This document shows, piece by piece, positions 63,672 to 64,000 of a stretch of DNA of 64,000 nucleotides (the stretch's first letter is position 1; each line of letters opens with the position of its first letter). Position numbers and translations under genes: made by a program. The notes under the pieces are model-generated. The model saw only the letters and a list, made by a program, of their open reading frames with translations, was not told where the DNA came from and made no database searches. Origin of the DNA: Burkholderiales bacterium (GTDB taxonomy: Bacteria; Pseudomonadota; Gammaproteobacteria; Burkholderiales; Eutrophovitaceae); NCBI GenBank assembly GCA_028379895.1, contig JAOEKQ010000002.1:56620-120619 (forward strand), in the 5' to 3' direction.

Positions 63672-63979
63672 TTGCTAATTCATCCCCGAGAAATAAGTTC
63701 AAGGCCGCAGGTCCTGAGGCCGCTGCAGAAAAATCCTGATATTACCCAGCGCAAATTCGCGGTGGCGCTTGGGGTTGGCATGGGGCCAGCAAGAACACGT
63801 TTGGATATAGCTCCCTGCTTGCACCAGCAGGCGTTTCCGAGAAGTCTAGGCTCACCGCCGCATTCATTGCGCGTAAGTTGGATGAGTATAATGCGCGGTA
63901 TGACGATATTAACGGCAGGGATGTTGAGGTCGGCCAATTGCTTGTCGTGCGTTCTGGTAGTCTCGATAATGGGTTTTAG
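63672..63979 (+). pseudogene. Decayed MarR-family EPS-associated transcriptional regulator (internal deletion plus frameshift)
   Basis: Frame A (from 63672) reads ..RPQVLRPLQKNPDITQRKFAVALGVGMG, matching the family N-terminus (..LRLLE.NP..SQRELA.ELGVSLGK). Frame B (from about 63785 to the TAG at 63977-79) reads ASKNTFGYSSLLAPAGVSEKSRLTAAFIARKLDEYNARYDDI, matching NS.NKLAYAYLLTPRGIEEKA.LT.RFL.RK..EYE.L. The roughly 20 residues normally between them (NYCL.ALI.KGLVK..NF) are missing and the two parts are in different frames. Confidence 0.55.
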
Positions 63980-64000
63980 CGGGCTTGTCTAAGTTATCTG

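Noticed and set aside
63672-63992. Track ORFs 63672..63992(+) 106 aa and 63680..63937(-) 85 aa taken as intact genes
   Set aside because: Only the first ~38 residues of the plus ORF look like a real protein (MarR-EPS N-terminus). The rest is out-of-frame read-through, and the homologous C-terminal part is in another frame. The minus ORF is a shadow. I reinterpreted this region as one pseudogene.

Overview
This window is almost entirely core chromosome from an AT-leaning, apparently streamlined proteobacterium. Gene order (dusB-fis-purH-purD, argS-SPOR-dsbA-SDR, mrcA<>aroK-aroB-dgt-gltBD) and the GroEL sequence look betaproteobacterial; I cannot name the genus from sequence alone. I support about 57 protein-coding genes, one tRNA-Phe, three strong rho-independent terminators, and a sigma32 promoter plus perfect CIRCE operator in front of groESL.

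Contents, left to right:
- kup (5' part, cut by the left edge and missing from the ORF track), ridA, recG, ubiA, cytochrome c551
- a five-gene Liv/Bra-type branched-chain amino-acid ABC operon
- hemF, purD, purH, fis, dusB, ubiH, pepP, a PaiB-like gene, murU, amgK
- lptD, surA, rsmA, gloA, rubredoxin, thiD, thiE, hemL, engB, hemB, mrcA
- aroK, aroB, dgt, gltB, gltD, hemE, priA, argS, a SPOR protein, two tandem dsbA paralogs, an SDR, a HAD hydrolase
- a ~2.9-kb islet of orphan genes
- glmS, glmU, dacB, groES, groEL, a DUF4212 + SSS symporter pair, an orphan O-antigen-ligase-family gene, tRNA-Phe, and a decayed regulator gene

Four haem-pathway genes (hemF, hemL, hemB, hemE) and two ubiquinone genes (ubiA, ubiH) are scattered through the window as separate transcription units.

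I saw no CRISPR array, IS element, integrase, prophage, toxin-antitoxin pair or recognisable defence system. I did not find a convincing novel multi-gene system.

The leads most worth follow-up:
1. A G9 homopolymer that splits a glycan-type SAM methyltransferase. It could be a phase switch, a sequencing error or a pseudogene.
2. The orphan islet at 49.9-52.8 kb, which includes a secreted four-Cys HExxH protein with thermolysin-like His-to-Glu spacing.
3. The DNA 3' of tRNA-Phe, which carries a deleted and frameshifted MarR-type EPS-associated regulator next to the orphan O-antigen-ligase gene.
4. Tandem DsbA paralogs with non-canonical CGHC and CLGC active sites.

All family assignments come from my reading of motifs and remembered family patterns. 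No database search was run.
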